Of a DNA stretch of 64,000 nucleotides, positions 53,469-62,586 are shown in pieces (positions within the stretch are counted from its first letter, which is position 1; each line of letters opens with the position of its first letter). The position numbers and the translations under genes are program-made. This stretch comes from Acidimicrobiia bacterium (GTDB lineage: Bacteria; Actinomycetota; Acidimicrobiia; Spongiisociales; UBA11373). The DNA lies in assembly GCA_040878325.1 (NCBI GenBank), contig JBBDMM010000001.1, positions 62,001 through 126,000 on the forward strand, given 5' to 3'. The notes beneath the pieces were generated by a model. It ran no database searches, was not told the origin of the DNA, and saw only the letters and a program-made list of their open reading frames with translations.

Positions 53469-54604
53469 GCCGCCTCCCCCTCGATGCGGATTCGGGGATC
53501 GATCGTTGCCTGGATGGCGTCTAGCGCGATCCTGAGCACCAGACCGAGCAGCCCGACGATCGTGAGTATCCCGATGATGATCGGCGTGTTCCCGGACTCG
53601 ATCGCCTGGAAGAAGAGGCTCGCCACCCCGTTCAGTCGAAGCTCGCGTTCGATGATGATCAGGCCGGTGATCAAGTAGGGCACACTGGTGACCAGCCTCG
53701 AGATCGCCGGGAGCACCGCATTCGGCGCCACATGGCGGTCACGGATGGAACGCTCCGGCAAGGCCTTGGCCCGAGCGGTGAACACGTAGTCCTCGGTCAT
53801 CTCCGCCGAGACCCCGGCACGCATCACGAGCATGCTCTCCCCGAATGCGATCAGCACGATGGCGATGGTCGCCATCACCGCACTGGGCCACAACAGCAGA
53901 TCGATCGCCGCCGCCCAGACGCCGAGTGAGAGCAAGGACGTCACGAAGGCCGCCAGGCCGATCGGGATGGCGAGCATCCCCAGCACCCGGCGATCGTTAC
54001 GCCGGGCCCATCCTCGCAAGAGGATGCCACCCACGAACGCCGCCACCAGCCCCACCGCGAGCACGTTCAACAGCGGCCCCTCCGGCACCGGGCCGTATGG
54101 CATCAGGTCGAGCCCGAACCACCCCCGGACCTGGAAGAGGCGGTCCGTGCCGAAGTAGATGAGGAGGAACACCAGCCACGGTGGGAATGCGGTGAACAAC
54201 AGCACGCTCCCTGCGCTCGAGGCGCCGCTGAAGAAGCGGTTTCGGCTCCATGCCACCACCCGCCCAATCCACTCGCCGACCAGATACGCCACCATCCCTC
54301 CGACGGCGAAGATCGCCACGGTGGTCGGGAGCACCGACGCCACCAGCGTCGACACGCGTTCGCCGTCGTAGGACTCGCCGAGGTCGGCCCGAACGAAGTT
54401 CGCCATGTAGTCGAGCCATTGGACCACCAGGGGACGGTCGGTCCCCAAGTGCTCGCGGATCGCCTCTATCGCCCGTGGCCGCTGCCCGACACCTACGGCA
54501 AAGTCGAACGGCAGCAACAGGTTCACCGCGAAGAATGCGATCGAGGCGACCAACATCAGCGTCACCACGGCCCACAGAACCCGCCTGAGTACGAACCTCG
54601 TCAC
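53465..54604 (-). CDS. ABC transporter permease, OppB/DppB type
   Basis: RFVLRR, LGTDRPLVVQW, DLGESY, EDYVFTARAKAL, RHVAPNA, IDPRIR; start moved to GTG 54604. Confidence 0.9.
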   Translation of the reverse strand: MTRFVLRRVLWAVVTLMLVASIAFFAVNLLLPFDFAVGVGQRPRAIEAIREHLGTDRPLVVQWLDYMANFVRADLGESYDGERVSTLVASVLPTTVAIFAVGGMVAYLVGEWIGRVVAWSRNRFFSGASSAGSVLLFTAFPPWLVFLLIYFGTDRLFQVRGWFGLDLMPYGPVPEGPLLNVLAVGLVAAFVGGILLRGWARRNDRRVLGMLAIPIGLAAFVTSLLSLGVWAAAIDLLLWPSAVMATIAIVLIAFGESMLVMRAGVSAEMTEDYVFTARAKALPERSIRDRHVAPNAVLPAISRLVTSVPYLITGLIIIERELRLNGVASLFFQAIESGNTPIIIGILTIVGLLGLVLRIALDAIQATIDPRIRIEGEAA

Positions 54605-54751
54605 GAGGCGCCGGACGGTAACACCGAACACCAGACGGATGACTCCGAATGGAGTGACCGGCGGACTGCCGACGCAGGCACGATGAGATGAAGTCCTGGT
54701 GGGGGCTAGTCTCGCGGCGGCCTGACCCGGGTGGTGAGCTTGCGAGGAACC

Positions 54752-56860
54752 GTGGACGCTCCTTCCGCCGCAGGGGGTCCGATCCGGCGCGTGATGGCGG
54801 CCACCGATCGTTCCCCGACCGGCGACGCCGCCGCGACCTGGGCGGCGGCCCTCGCCAATCGTCATGAGGCTGTCCTCCGGCTGGTACAGGTGGTGGTCCC
54901 GCACCCCCCTACCGCAGAGATGGTCGCCGACGCTGCGGCCGGGACGAGTGCCCTGACCGAACGGGTCGACCTCCTCGCCGATCAACTCCGCCGCTTTGCC
55001 GCCGAGCTCGCTGGACCCCGGGGGGAGTCCATCGTCGTAGTCGATGACGATCCGGCGCGCGCCCTGCTCGAGGAGGCGCACCGGGCGGAGATCGACACGC
55101 TCGTGGTCGGCAATGCCGGCATGAGCGGCCGCAAGGAGTTCCTGCTCGGGAACATCCCCAACCGGATTTCGCACAACGCCACCTGCACCGTGATCATCGT
55201 CAACACCGCCGGCGCTGCGCAATCCCCTGGTTCGATCCCCACCCTCCCCGGGCTGCTCAAGCCCGATCCGGAGCCCGTCGAACCCCACCTGCTCGGCCGC
55301 GCCACCCACCTTGCCACGGTGATGGCGAAGCACGGGTTGCAGAGCCTCTTCGGACGCGGACCCGACGATCCGCTCGAGGCACAGCGGGCTCAAGCGCGCC
55401 GTCTCCGCACGGCCCTCGAGGAGCTCGGCCCCACCTTTGCGAAGCTGGGCCAGATCCTCTCGACCCGCGCCGACCTGCTTCCGCCGGTGTTCATCGAAGA
55501 GCTCTCGATGCTCCAGGACAATGCCCGACCGCTCACCGAGGAAGAGGTGGTCGGCGTCGCCGAGGCGGAGTTGGGTGTTCCTTGGGAAGACGTGTTCGAC
55601 AGCATCGAGCGCCAGCCGATGGCTGCCGGCACGATCGCCCAGGTGCACGGAGCAGTCACCGCCGACGGACGCCGGGTCGTCGTCAAGATCCAGCGCCCAA
55701 CTGCCCGCGAAGACATCATGCAAGACCTCGCGTTGCTCGAGGTCCTCGCCGAGAAAACCGAGAAGCGCCCCGCACTGCGCGAGGTAGTGGACATGCCGGC
55801 CGTGTTCGAACACCTTTCTGCTTCGTTGCAGCGGGAACTCGACTTCCGGAACGAGGCGGCCAACATCGAGCGCATGCGGCGAGTCCTCGAGCCGTACCCC
55901 CGGATCGACGTGCCTCAGGTCGATCATGAGCTGACCACGGAGCGCCTGCTGGTCATGGAACGGATCGAAGGGGTGGCGATTCGGAACGCCCCTGACAGCC
56001 CCGCCCGCAAGGAGGCGGCCCGCCAGTTGCTCGAGTCGTTTTACCGACAGATCATGTCCGAAGGCTTCTTCCACGCCGACCCCCATCCGGGCAATCTGAT
56101 GTGGGCCGATGACAAGGTGTACCTGCTCGACCTCGGGATGGTCGGTTTACTCGAGCCGGACCTCCGTGAGCAGCTCATGCTGTTGTTGCTGGCCTTCTGG
56201 CAGGAGGACGTGAGCTTCCTCACCGATGTCACCCTGATGCTGGCTGCCGGCGCCGAGCGCGACGACCTCGATGTCGGTGCGATCGAGGCCGAATTGGGAT
56301 CGCTGATGGCGAGGTATCGCGATGTACCCCTCAGCGAACTACAGCTTGGCCCAATCCTCCAGGAGATGACCGAGATCTCGATTCGCCACCGGATCCCACT
56401 TCCCGCCTCGATGACGCTCACCGCCAAGGCGATGGCGCAGATGCAGCTGGCGACCGGAGAGTTGGATCCCGACCTCGACCCGTTCGATGTGGCCGGGAAG
56501 TTCCTGATGCGGACCCTGACCGGGGGCATCCGCGAGAAGATCAACCCGCAGCGGATGTTCTATCAAGCCCAAAAACTCAAGGTCAGGGTCACCCGCATGG
56601 TGGAGGCCATCGAGCGCCTCGTCGGGGCGCGGCCCGGTCCTCGGATGAGGATCGACTTCGGCGCCGAGAAGCTCGAGGCGACCGTTCGTCGCGCCGGATA
56701 TCGGCTGACGTTCGGCCTGATCGCCGCCGGTGCGCTGCTGGGCGCGGCGATCGCCTCGACCGCCGAGCGGACCTCTGACTGGCTCCCGGTGACTCTGGTG
56801 GTCACCGCGTTCGCCGTTGTGCTCGCCCTGGTGCTGGACATGCTCCGCCGTCGGGACTGA
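54752..56860 (+). CDS. Universal stress protein domain fused to an AarF/UbiB (ABC1) atypical kinase with C-terminal TM helices
   Basis: USP: VMAATDRS...LVVGNAGMSG..FLLGNIPNRISHNATCTVIIV. ABC1: LGPTFAKLGQILSTR.D, AAGTIAQVH, VVVKIQRP, ELDF..EA, FFHADPHPGN, LLDLGMVG. Confidence 0.92.
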   Translation: MDAPSAAGGPIRRVMAATDRSPTGDAAATWAAALANRHEAVLRLVQVVVPHPPTAEMVADAAAGTSALTERVDLLADQLRRFAAELAGPRGESIVVVDDDPARALLEEAHRAEIDTLVVGNAGMSGRKEFLLGNIPNRISHNATCTVIIVNTAGAAQSPGSIPTLPGLLKPDPEPVEPHLLGRATHLATVMAKHGLQSLFGRGPDDPLEAQRAQARRLRTALEELGPTFAKLGQILSTRADLLPPVFIEELSMLQDNARPLTEEEVVGVAEAELGVPWEDVFDSIERQPMAAGTIAQVHGAVTADGRRVVVKIQRPTAREDIMQDLALLEVLAEKTEKRPALREVVDMPAVFEHLSASLQRELDFRNEAANIERMRRVLEPYPRIDVPQVDHELTTERLLVMERIEGVAIRNAPDSPARKEAARQLLESFYRQIMSEGFFHADPHPGNLMWADDKVYLLDLGMVGLLEPDLREQLMLLLLAFWQEDVSFLTDVTLMLAAGAERDDLDVGAIEAELGSLMARYRDVPLSELQLGPILQEMTEISIRHRIPLPASMTLTAKAMAQMQLATGELDPDLDPFDVAGKFLMRTLTGGIREKINPQRMFYQAQKLKVRVTRMVEAIERLVGARPGPRMRIDFGAEKLEATVRRAGYRLTFGLIAAGALLGAAIASTAERTSDWLPVTLVVTAFAVVLALVLDMLRRRD

Positions 56861-56872
56861 CCGGCCAGGGGG

Positions 56873-57013
56873 TCAGCGGCGCGCCTTCTTGGTCGACTTC
56901 TTCAGCTTCCGTTCGGCGATCCAGACCAGCGCGGACATCCACAAGCCGACAAAGCGGCGTTCGATACGCCGCCAGATGGATCTGGGCGGCGGCCCCTGGT
57001 TGGTCCCGGCCAT
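56873..57013 (-). CDS. Small basic leaderless protein (46 aa, not in ORF track)
   Basis: TAGGCT-cgctcg-ATG; MAGTNQGPPPRSIWRRIERRFVGLWMSALVWIAERKLKKSTKKARR; fills the gap between flanking genes. Confidence 0.65.
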   Translation of the reverse strand: MAGTNQGPPPRSIWRRIERRFVGLWMSALVWIAERKLKKSTKKARR

Positions 57014-57030
57014 CGAGCGAGCCTATCCGG

Positions 57031-59052
57031 TCAGTCGGGATCGGGTATTCGGTACGCCACCAAGACCGCTTCCGGGCCGCCGGAAGCAACGACCACGGGA
57101 ACCTCGAGGGCAACCTGATGCACGAGGCAGAGCTCACTCGACTCTTCCGTGCAGTAATACACCGTGAGCTCGCCGCGCAGGGTCGCTTCCCCGGTGGACC
57201 AGGTGACCGGGATCTCTAGCGGCAGCCCGGGCTCCACGATCGAAACGAGTGCGTGGTCGCCGAAATCGGCCGCGTCTCCCTCGACCGACCAGGCGATGGT
57301 CAAGGGAGCGATGTCGTTCAGCTTGTAGCCCGCCGGAAGCATGAGGTCGAGTACGACATGCCCCGCCCCGGGTCCGGCTGCCACCGCCGCCACCTCGAAG
57401 GTGGCCGGGCCCCCATCTGAGCCGGTGTAAGGGAAGCGCTCGATCCCATAGAACACCAGGGTCTCGGTTTCGCCGGTCGCCGCATCCACCCGGCGAATCA
57501 CGTGGTTGTTCGTGTCGGCGACGTAGAGGGATCCGTTGGCGAACGAGATGCCTCCCGGCTCTGAGAAGCGCGGGTCCAGCCCGTCGGCCCAGCCCTGATC
57601 TCCGCCGGCGAGCGTGGTCACTGCACCGTTCGCTAGATCGATGACCCGCAGGGCTGAGTTGTAGGTGTCGGCGACGAAGAGCAATCCGTCGACGTGGACG
57701 ACCCCGAGAGGATGCTGAAAGCGGGCTGCCGGTCCGACGCCATCGACCAAACCGAAGTCGAAGAGGTTGTTCGGCGTACCGGCCAGGAGACCCACCTCGC
57801 CGTCCGCGCCGGGGTCGGCCCAGCGGATCGACGACGACTCCGAGTCGGCGAAATAGATCCGCCCCGCATCATCGATGGCGAGCCCGCTCGGCTGGGCCAG
57901 CTCGGCGAAGAGGCGCGGGCCATTCAGCACGCTCTCACCTCCGGTGCCTGCAAAGGGGTCGAACCTGGCCGAACCCAGGTCCAGCGTCCATAGTTGGTGC
58001 GAGCCGGCCATTGCGATGTAGAGCACCTCGCCGTCCACCAGAAGATCCCACGGGGAGGAGAGCTCCACATCCGGGGCAATGCCCGAACGAGGTGGATAGG
58101 TCGAGGACTGATCCCCATTGCCCACCAGCGTCGTCACCGACCTCGAGGCGAGGTCGAGAGCACGGATCGAGTGGTTGCCGACGTCGGCCACCAAGAGGGT
58201 GCGCCCGTCATCGACGAGCGCCATCCCCTGTGGTTGGTCGAAGGACGACGTCGCGAAGTCACCTCCTTCGAGGCCACGCCCTCCGGAGCCGGCAACGTCG
58301 ATGACCTCGCCGGTCTCCAAGTCGGCAACGACGATGCGATGGTGATTGGTGTCGGCAACGAACAGGCGGCCCCCGACAGGGTCGGCGAGAACCTTGCCCG
58401 GGAACGACAACACGGTGTCGGGCGCTCGCTCGACATCGAGGTCGATCGGGGTACGGTCTATTTGTCCTCGCTCGTCGAACTCCTCGACGAGCGAGTCGAT
58501 CACGGGCTGGAAGATCGGGTAGATCCCCTCGCCGGCATGGCCACCCACGATGTTGCCGGCCGGGTCGATGAGCACGACGGTCGGCCAGGCGCTGGCGCCC
58601 CAATCACGCCACACCGCAAAGTCGCTGTCGTTGACCACCGGGTGCTCGAGCCCGTAACGCCGGATGATGTCGCGGATGTTCTCGGTGTCGCCCTCATTGG
58701 CGAACTTGGCACTGTGGACCCCGATCACGACCAACTCGTCGGCGTACTCCGCCTCGAGTCGCTTCAGGTCGGGGATGATGTGGATGCAGTTGATACACCC
58801 GTAGGTCCAGAAGTCGAGCAAGACCAGCTTGCCGCGCAGCTCGGCGAGGCTCAGGGGACGCTCGACGTTGAGCCACTCGAGACCGTCGGGAAACTCCGGA
58901 GCGGGCGTCGTGCCGGCGAACGATTCACCGCGGTCGATGGTCGTGACGGTCGTTTCGGAGGGCGTGAGGACGCTCTCCCCACCCCCACTCGAGCCGCCGC
59001 AGGATACGGCGACGAGGGCGAGGAGCGCGAAAGGTGTCAGGCGACGGGTCAC
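57031..59052 (-). CDS. Thioredoxin-like + NHL-repeat lipoprotein (NHLRC2/SOQ1-like architecture)
   Basis: Lipobox VAVSC; LLDFWTYGCINCIH, GVHSAKF; NHL repeats (FPGKV, ADTNHHRI, QPQG, QPSG, QHPLG, EPGG); start GTG 59052. Confidence 0.9.
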   Translation of the reverse strand: MTRRLTPFALLALVAVSCGGSSGGGESVLTPSETTVTTIDRGESFAGTTPAPEFPDGLEWLNVERPLSLAELRGKLVLLDFWTYGCINCIHIIPDLKRLEAEYADELVVIGVHSAKFANEGDTENIRDIIRRYGLEHPVVNDSDFAVWRDWGASAWPTVVLIDPAGNIVGGHAGEGIYPIFQPVIDSLVEEFDERGQIDRTPIDLDVERAPDTVLSFPGKVLADPVGGRLFVADTNHHRIVVADLETGEVIDVAGSGGRGLEGGDFATSSFDQPQGMALVDDGRTLLVADVGNHSIRALDLASRSVTTLVGNGDQSSTYPPRSGIAPDVELSSPWDLLVDGEVLYIAMAGSHQLWTLDLGSARFDPFAGTGGESVLNGPRLFAELAQPSGLAIDDAGRIYFADSESSSIRWADPGADGEVGLLAGTPNNLFDFGLVDGVGPAARFQHPLGVVHVDGLLFVADTYNSALRVIDLANGAVTTLAGGDQGWADGLDPRFSEPGGISFANGSLYVADTNNHVIRRVDAATGETETLVFYGIERFPYTGSDGGPATFEVAAVAAGPGAGHVVLDLMLPAGYKLNDIAPLTIAWSVEGDAADFGDHALVSIVEPGLPLEIPVTWSTGEATLRGELTVYYCTEESSELCLVHQVALEVPVVVASGGPEAVLVAYRIPDPD

Positions 59053-59093
59053 GGTGGGAGCAACGCCGGGTGGCAATGGGGCGTTCCCATTCT

Positions 59094-59115
59094 TGTCACA
59101 CCCAGGCGATACGTT
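59094..59115 (+). promoter_or_regulatory. RecA-NDp/PafBC-like leaderless promoter of HNH gene 2
   Basis: TGTCAC-acccaggcga-TACGTT, 6 nt before ATG 59122. Confidence 0.72.
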
Positions 59116-59121
59116 GTCGGA

Positions 59122-60234
59122 ATGTTGGGACTCATCGATCATCCCCTGAACGGGCCCTCTGCGCTCAGCGACACGGAACTGTTCGACGCGTACGAGCACG
59201 AACGCCGTGAGATCAGCCGGCACGAGGCCCGAGCCGCCAAGCTGCTTGCCGAGATCGACGAACGTCGTTGTTACCAACCCTACGGCTATCTCTCGACCGC
59301 CTCCTACGTGGCGGAGCGCATCGGCGACTCCCATCAGGCTGCCGCCGGCCGGGTACGCACCGCTCGCGCTCTCCGCAACATGCCTGCCACGGCCGAGTCG
59401 TTCGAGAGTGGGGATATCGGTCCGGAGCGGGTGCGCTGGCTGGCGAGGGCTCACGAGTCCGCTCCTGACGCCTTCCTCGAGGCCGAACCCTCCCTAGTCC
59501 GCAAAGCCTCCACCCTGACCGCGAAGCAATTCACTGGTGAGGTGGAGATGTGGCGTCGTCGCGAAGCGCTTGCCGTCACGGAGAACGAGGAGCGCGAGCG
59601 TTTCGCCCGGCGCCGCTTGTCCATCACCGAGACGTTCGACGGGATGATGCGCCTCGACGCCGAACTCGATCCGGTCTCCGGGGAGACGGTGCTCGCCGCG
59701 ATCCAGTCACTCGCCGGGCCTGCCAACCGTGACGGCAACGACGGCCGCACCCCCGCACAGCGGCGGGCCGACGCCCTCCATGAGCTCTGCCGCAACCACC
59801 TCGACTCCGGCACGGCCCCGATCGTGGGCGGCCAGAAGCCACACCTCAATGTGATCGTCGATGTCGACACCCTCCACCAGGGAGTCCGGTCCCGTAGCGA
59901 GATCGGCGAGGGCCGGATGATCGGCCTCAAGACCATGGAGTTCTTCGCGTGCGACTCGAACGTGTGCCGGGTCGTCATGGACGGCCCGTCACGACTGCTC
60001 GATATGGGACGAACGGTCCGCACCGCGACCCCACTGCAGCTCAAAGCACTCGCAATCCGGGATCGGGGATGCGTGATTCCGGGCTGCGGACGGCCGCCGT
60101 CCTGGTGCGACGCCCATCACAAACTCCCCTGGGTCGAAGGCGGACTCACCGATGTCTGCGACATGTGCCTGCTCTGCCGACCGCATCACCTCGCAGTCCA
60201 CCTGGGGTTTCTGGATTTACCGCAGTTGGAGTGA
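59122..60234 (+). CDS. DUF222 (13E12-like) HNH endonuclease domain protein
   Basis: RTPAQRRADAL, PHLNVIVD, ACDS, LDMGRTVR, RDRGC..PGC, CDAHH..PW.EGG.T, LCRPHH. Confidence 0.92.
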   Translation: MLGLIDHPLNGPSALSDTELFDAYEHERREISRHEARAAKLLAEIDERRCYQPYGYLSTASYVAERIGDSHQAAAGRVRTARALRNMPATAESFESGDIGPERVRWLARAHESAPDAFLEAEPSLVRKASTLTAKQFTGEVEMWRRREALAVTENEERERFARRRLSITETFDGMMRLDAELDPVSGETVLAAIQSLAGPANRDGNDGRTPAQRRADALHELCRNHLDSGTAPIVGGQKPHLNVIVDVDTLHQGVRSRSEIGEGRMIGLKTMEFFACDSNVCRVVMDGPSRLLDMGRTVRTATPLQLKALAIRDRGCVIPGCGRPPSWCDAHHKLPWVEGGLTDVCDMCLLCRPHHLAVHLGFLDLPQLE

Positions 60235-60343
60235 GGGCAGGATGCCTGGTTGCATAGGCGTCATCCGCCGGGGATGGTCGTTCATGCGTCAGCGGCAAAT
60301 CTCGTGCCCCGTCCCGATCCTGGCGACGGGCGGCAGGGCGGAT

Positions 60344-60369
60344 CGTGCCCGGGTGCTCAACCGGGCACG
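60344..60369. terminator. 9-bp GC-rich hairpin between the convergent HNH and fadD genes
   Basis: CGTGCCCGG-N8-CCGGGCACG; no U-tract. Confidence 0.45.
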
Positions 60370-60384
60370 GGCACGGCCATCCCT

Positions 60385-62166
60385 TTACTCCGGATCGCGG
60401 TAGAGCGCTTCGATCTCGTCGGCGAAGTGCTCGACGACCACGTTGCGCCGCACCTTGAGCGTTCCGGTGAGTTCGCCTTCGTCGATCGAGAAATCGCGAG
60501 GCAGGATGGCGAACTTCTTCACTTGTTCGACCCTGGCATAACGCGAGTTCACCCTGTCGAACGTCTCCTGGATCCGGGCCCGAATCGCGTCCGACTTGTG
60601 GAGTGGTCCCGAGACCCCGTGCTCCGAGGCGTAGGCATCGGCGACGTCGGGGGCAAGAGTCACCAGAGCGGTGATGAACTTGCGGCGGTCGCCGATCAGC
60701 ACCGCCTCGGAGATCATCATGTCGTCCTTGAGGTGTGTCTCGATGTCGCTGGGGGCGATGTTCTTGCCGCCGGCAGTGATGATGATGTCCTTCTTGCGAC
60801 CGGTGATTGTCAAGAAACCCTCGTCGTCGAACTCACCGATGTCGCCCGAGTGAAGCCACCCATCCTTAACCGTTTCAGCCGTCGCGTCTGCGTTCTTGTA
60901 GTACCCGGCGAAGACGTTCCCACCCCGCACCAGCACCTCACCGTCGGCGGCCACTACGACATCGCAACCGGGAAATGCCAGCCCCACCGTCCCGAACTTC
61001 GTTGCCCCCGGCTGGTTGAACGTGCTCGGACCAGAGCCTTCCGATTGCCCGTACACCTCGAGGACGCTGAGGCCGAAGCCGGCGAAGAACTCGAGGACTT
61101 CGGTGGAGATGGGCGCCGCACCGGTCACCGCAGCGGTGCAGCGATCCAGGCCGACCGCGGCGCGCACTTTATGGCCGACGAGCTTGTCGGCGACGCCCTG
61201 CTGTACCGCCAGCCCTGCGGGCAGCCGCTTGCCGGCGTTGATGTGGTCGACGGACTCGCGGTTCACCCGCTGCGCCCAAGAAGCGATCCGTGCCTTCGGT
61301 CCATGGGCCTCACCGAGCTTGGCCGCGATACCAGCGTGGAACTTCTCCCAAACCCGCGGGACCGCAAAGAACACCGTCGGGCGGACTTCCTTGAGGTTTT
61401 CGGCCAGCGCTTCGATCGACTCGGCGAAATAGACCGGCCAGCCCACGGAGATCGGGAGGTGGATCGAGAACATCTGCTCGGCGATGTGACTGAGAGGCAG
61501 GTACGAGATGGTGCAGTCGTCCGAGGACAGACTGGGCAGCACCGAGTGCGCCTGGTCGGCCGTCCAGGTGAGGTTGGAGTGGGTCAGCATAACGCCCTTG
61601 GGAGGGCCAGTCGTGCCGGAGGTGTAGATGAGGGTCGCCAGACCCGACGATTCCAGCGATGCGACGCGGGCGAGAAACTCGGAGTCGCTCACGCCGTCCC
61701 CCATCGCCAGGAACTCGTCCCACGAGAGCACCTGGGCATCATCGACCACCGGGGCACCGCGCATGGTCACGATCCACGCCAGGTGCGGTAGGTCACTTCT
61801 GACGGCGAGCACCTTCTCGAGTTGGACCTTGTTCTCGACCAGGATCACCGGAGCCTCGGAGTGCCCGGCGACATAGGCGACCTCCTCCGGTGACGAGGTG
61901 GTGTAGATCCCGGCCGGCGCGCCGCCGACGGCCATGCAGGCGACGTCGAGTATCACCCATTCGGGACGATTGAAACCGAGGATCGCTACGTGACGCCCGG
62001 GATCGAACCCGGTCGCGATCAATGCCTTTCCCGCACGCTTTACCTGATCGGCGAATTCGGACCACGACGTGGCCCGATACTCGCCATCGATCTTTTCGAA
62101 GTAGGCCGGGCTACCCGGCCGTATCTCGGCCTGCCGCAGCAGCCGGGCGGGAATCGTGTCGGCCAC
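60385..62166 (-). CDS. fadD: Long-chain fatty acid--CoA ligase (FadD15-like)
   Basis: IYTSGTTGPPKG, YLPLSHIAE, YGQSE, GWLHSGDIG, GRKKDIIITAGGKN. Confidence 0.93.
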   Translation of the reverse strand: MADTIPARLLRQAEIRPGSPAYFEKIDGEYRATSWSEFADQVKRAGKALIATGFDPGRHVAILGFNRPEWVILDVACMAVGGAPAGIYTTSSPEEVAYVAGHSEAPVILVENKVQLEKVLAVRSDLPHLAWIVTMRGAPVVDDAQVLSWDEFLAMGDGVSDSEFLARVASLESSGLATLIYTSGTTGPPKGVMLTHSNLTWTADQAHSVLPSLSSDDCTISYLPLSHIAEQMFSIHLPISVGWPVYFAESIEALAENLKEVRPTVFFAVPRVWEKFHAGIAAKLGEAHGPKARIASWAQRVNRESVDHINAGKRLPAGLAVQQGVADKLVGHKVRAAVGLDRCTAAVTGAAPISTEVLEFFAGFGLSVLEVYGQSEGSGPSTFNQPGATKFGTVGLAFPGCDVVVAADGEVLVRGGNVFAGYYKNADATAETVKDGWLHSGDIGEFDDEGFLTITGRKKDIIITAGGKNIAPSDIETHLKDDMMISEAVLIGDRRKFITALVTLAPDVADAYASEHGVSGPLHKSDAIRARIQETFDRVNSRYARVEQVKKFAILPRDFSIDEGELTGTLKVRRNVVVEHFADEIEALYRDPE

Positions 62167-62312
62167 GTGACCTCCGTTGGGAAACGAGCAGATCGTACCC
62201 GGCCCTCGAACGAGGAATCAGATGCGGGCTCATTTCGCGCTCCACGGCCCCGATCTGACATTCGACGACGCCTCGCAGGATCGTCCCGGCGCGGTTCGAT
62301 ATCCTCGGGGCC

Positions 62313-62585
62313 ATGAGCACCCTCGACCGGACATTCACGGCCATCCTCCACAAGGGCACCTCAGAGGGGGCGTGGACCTACGTGATGATGGAAGGCTCGG
62401 CGAACTTCTTCGGCACCCGTGGCCTGGTCAAGGTGGCCGGCACGATCGATGGCCATCCGTTTCGCTCGTCGTTCATGGCTCGAGGCGATGGCACTCACAT
62501 GCTCCCGGTGAAGGCAGACATCCGCGCCGCGATCCGCAAGCAGGCGGGCGACACCGTCACCGTTCACCTCGCCCCCAACGGCTGA
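62313..62585 (+). CDS. DUF1905 domain protein
   Basis: [37 protein letters not shown]; leaderless TATCCT-N7-ATG. Confidence 0.88.
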   Translation: MSTLDRTFTAILHKGTSEGAWTYVMMEGSANFFGTRGLVKVAGTIDGHPFRSSFMARGDGTHMLPVKADIRAAIRKQAGDTVTVHLAPNG

Positions 62586-62586
62586 G

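Noticed and set aside
54605..56086. 873-aa permease ORF suggesting a large fusion
   Set aside because: The upstream part is antisense to the USP-ABC1 gene; permease similarity starts at about 54604
57994..59121. 746-aa ORF suggesting a long N-terminal extension on the DUF222-HNH protein
   Set aside because: The extension is the antisense shadow of the Trx-NHL gene; the promoter and ATG at 59122 define the likely start
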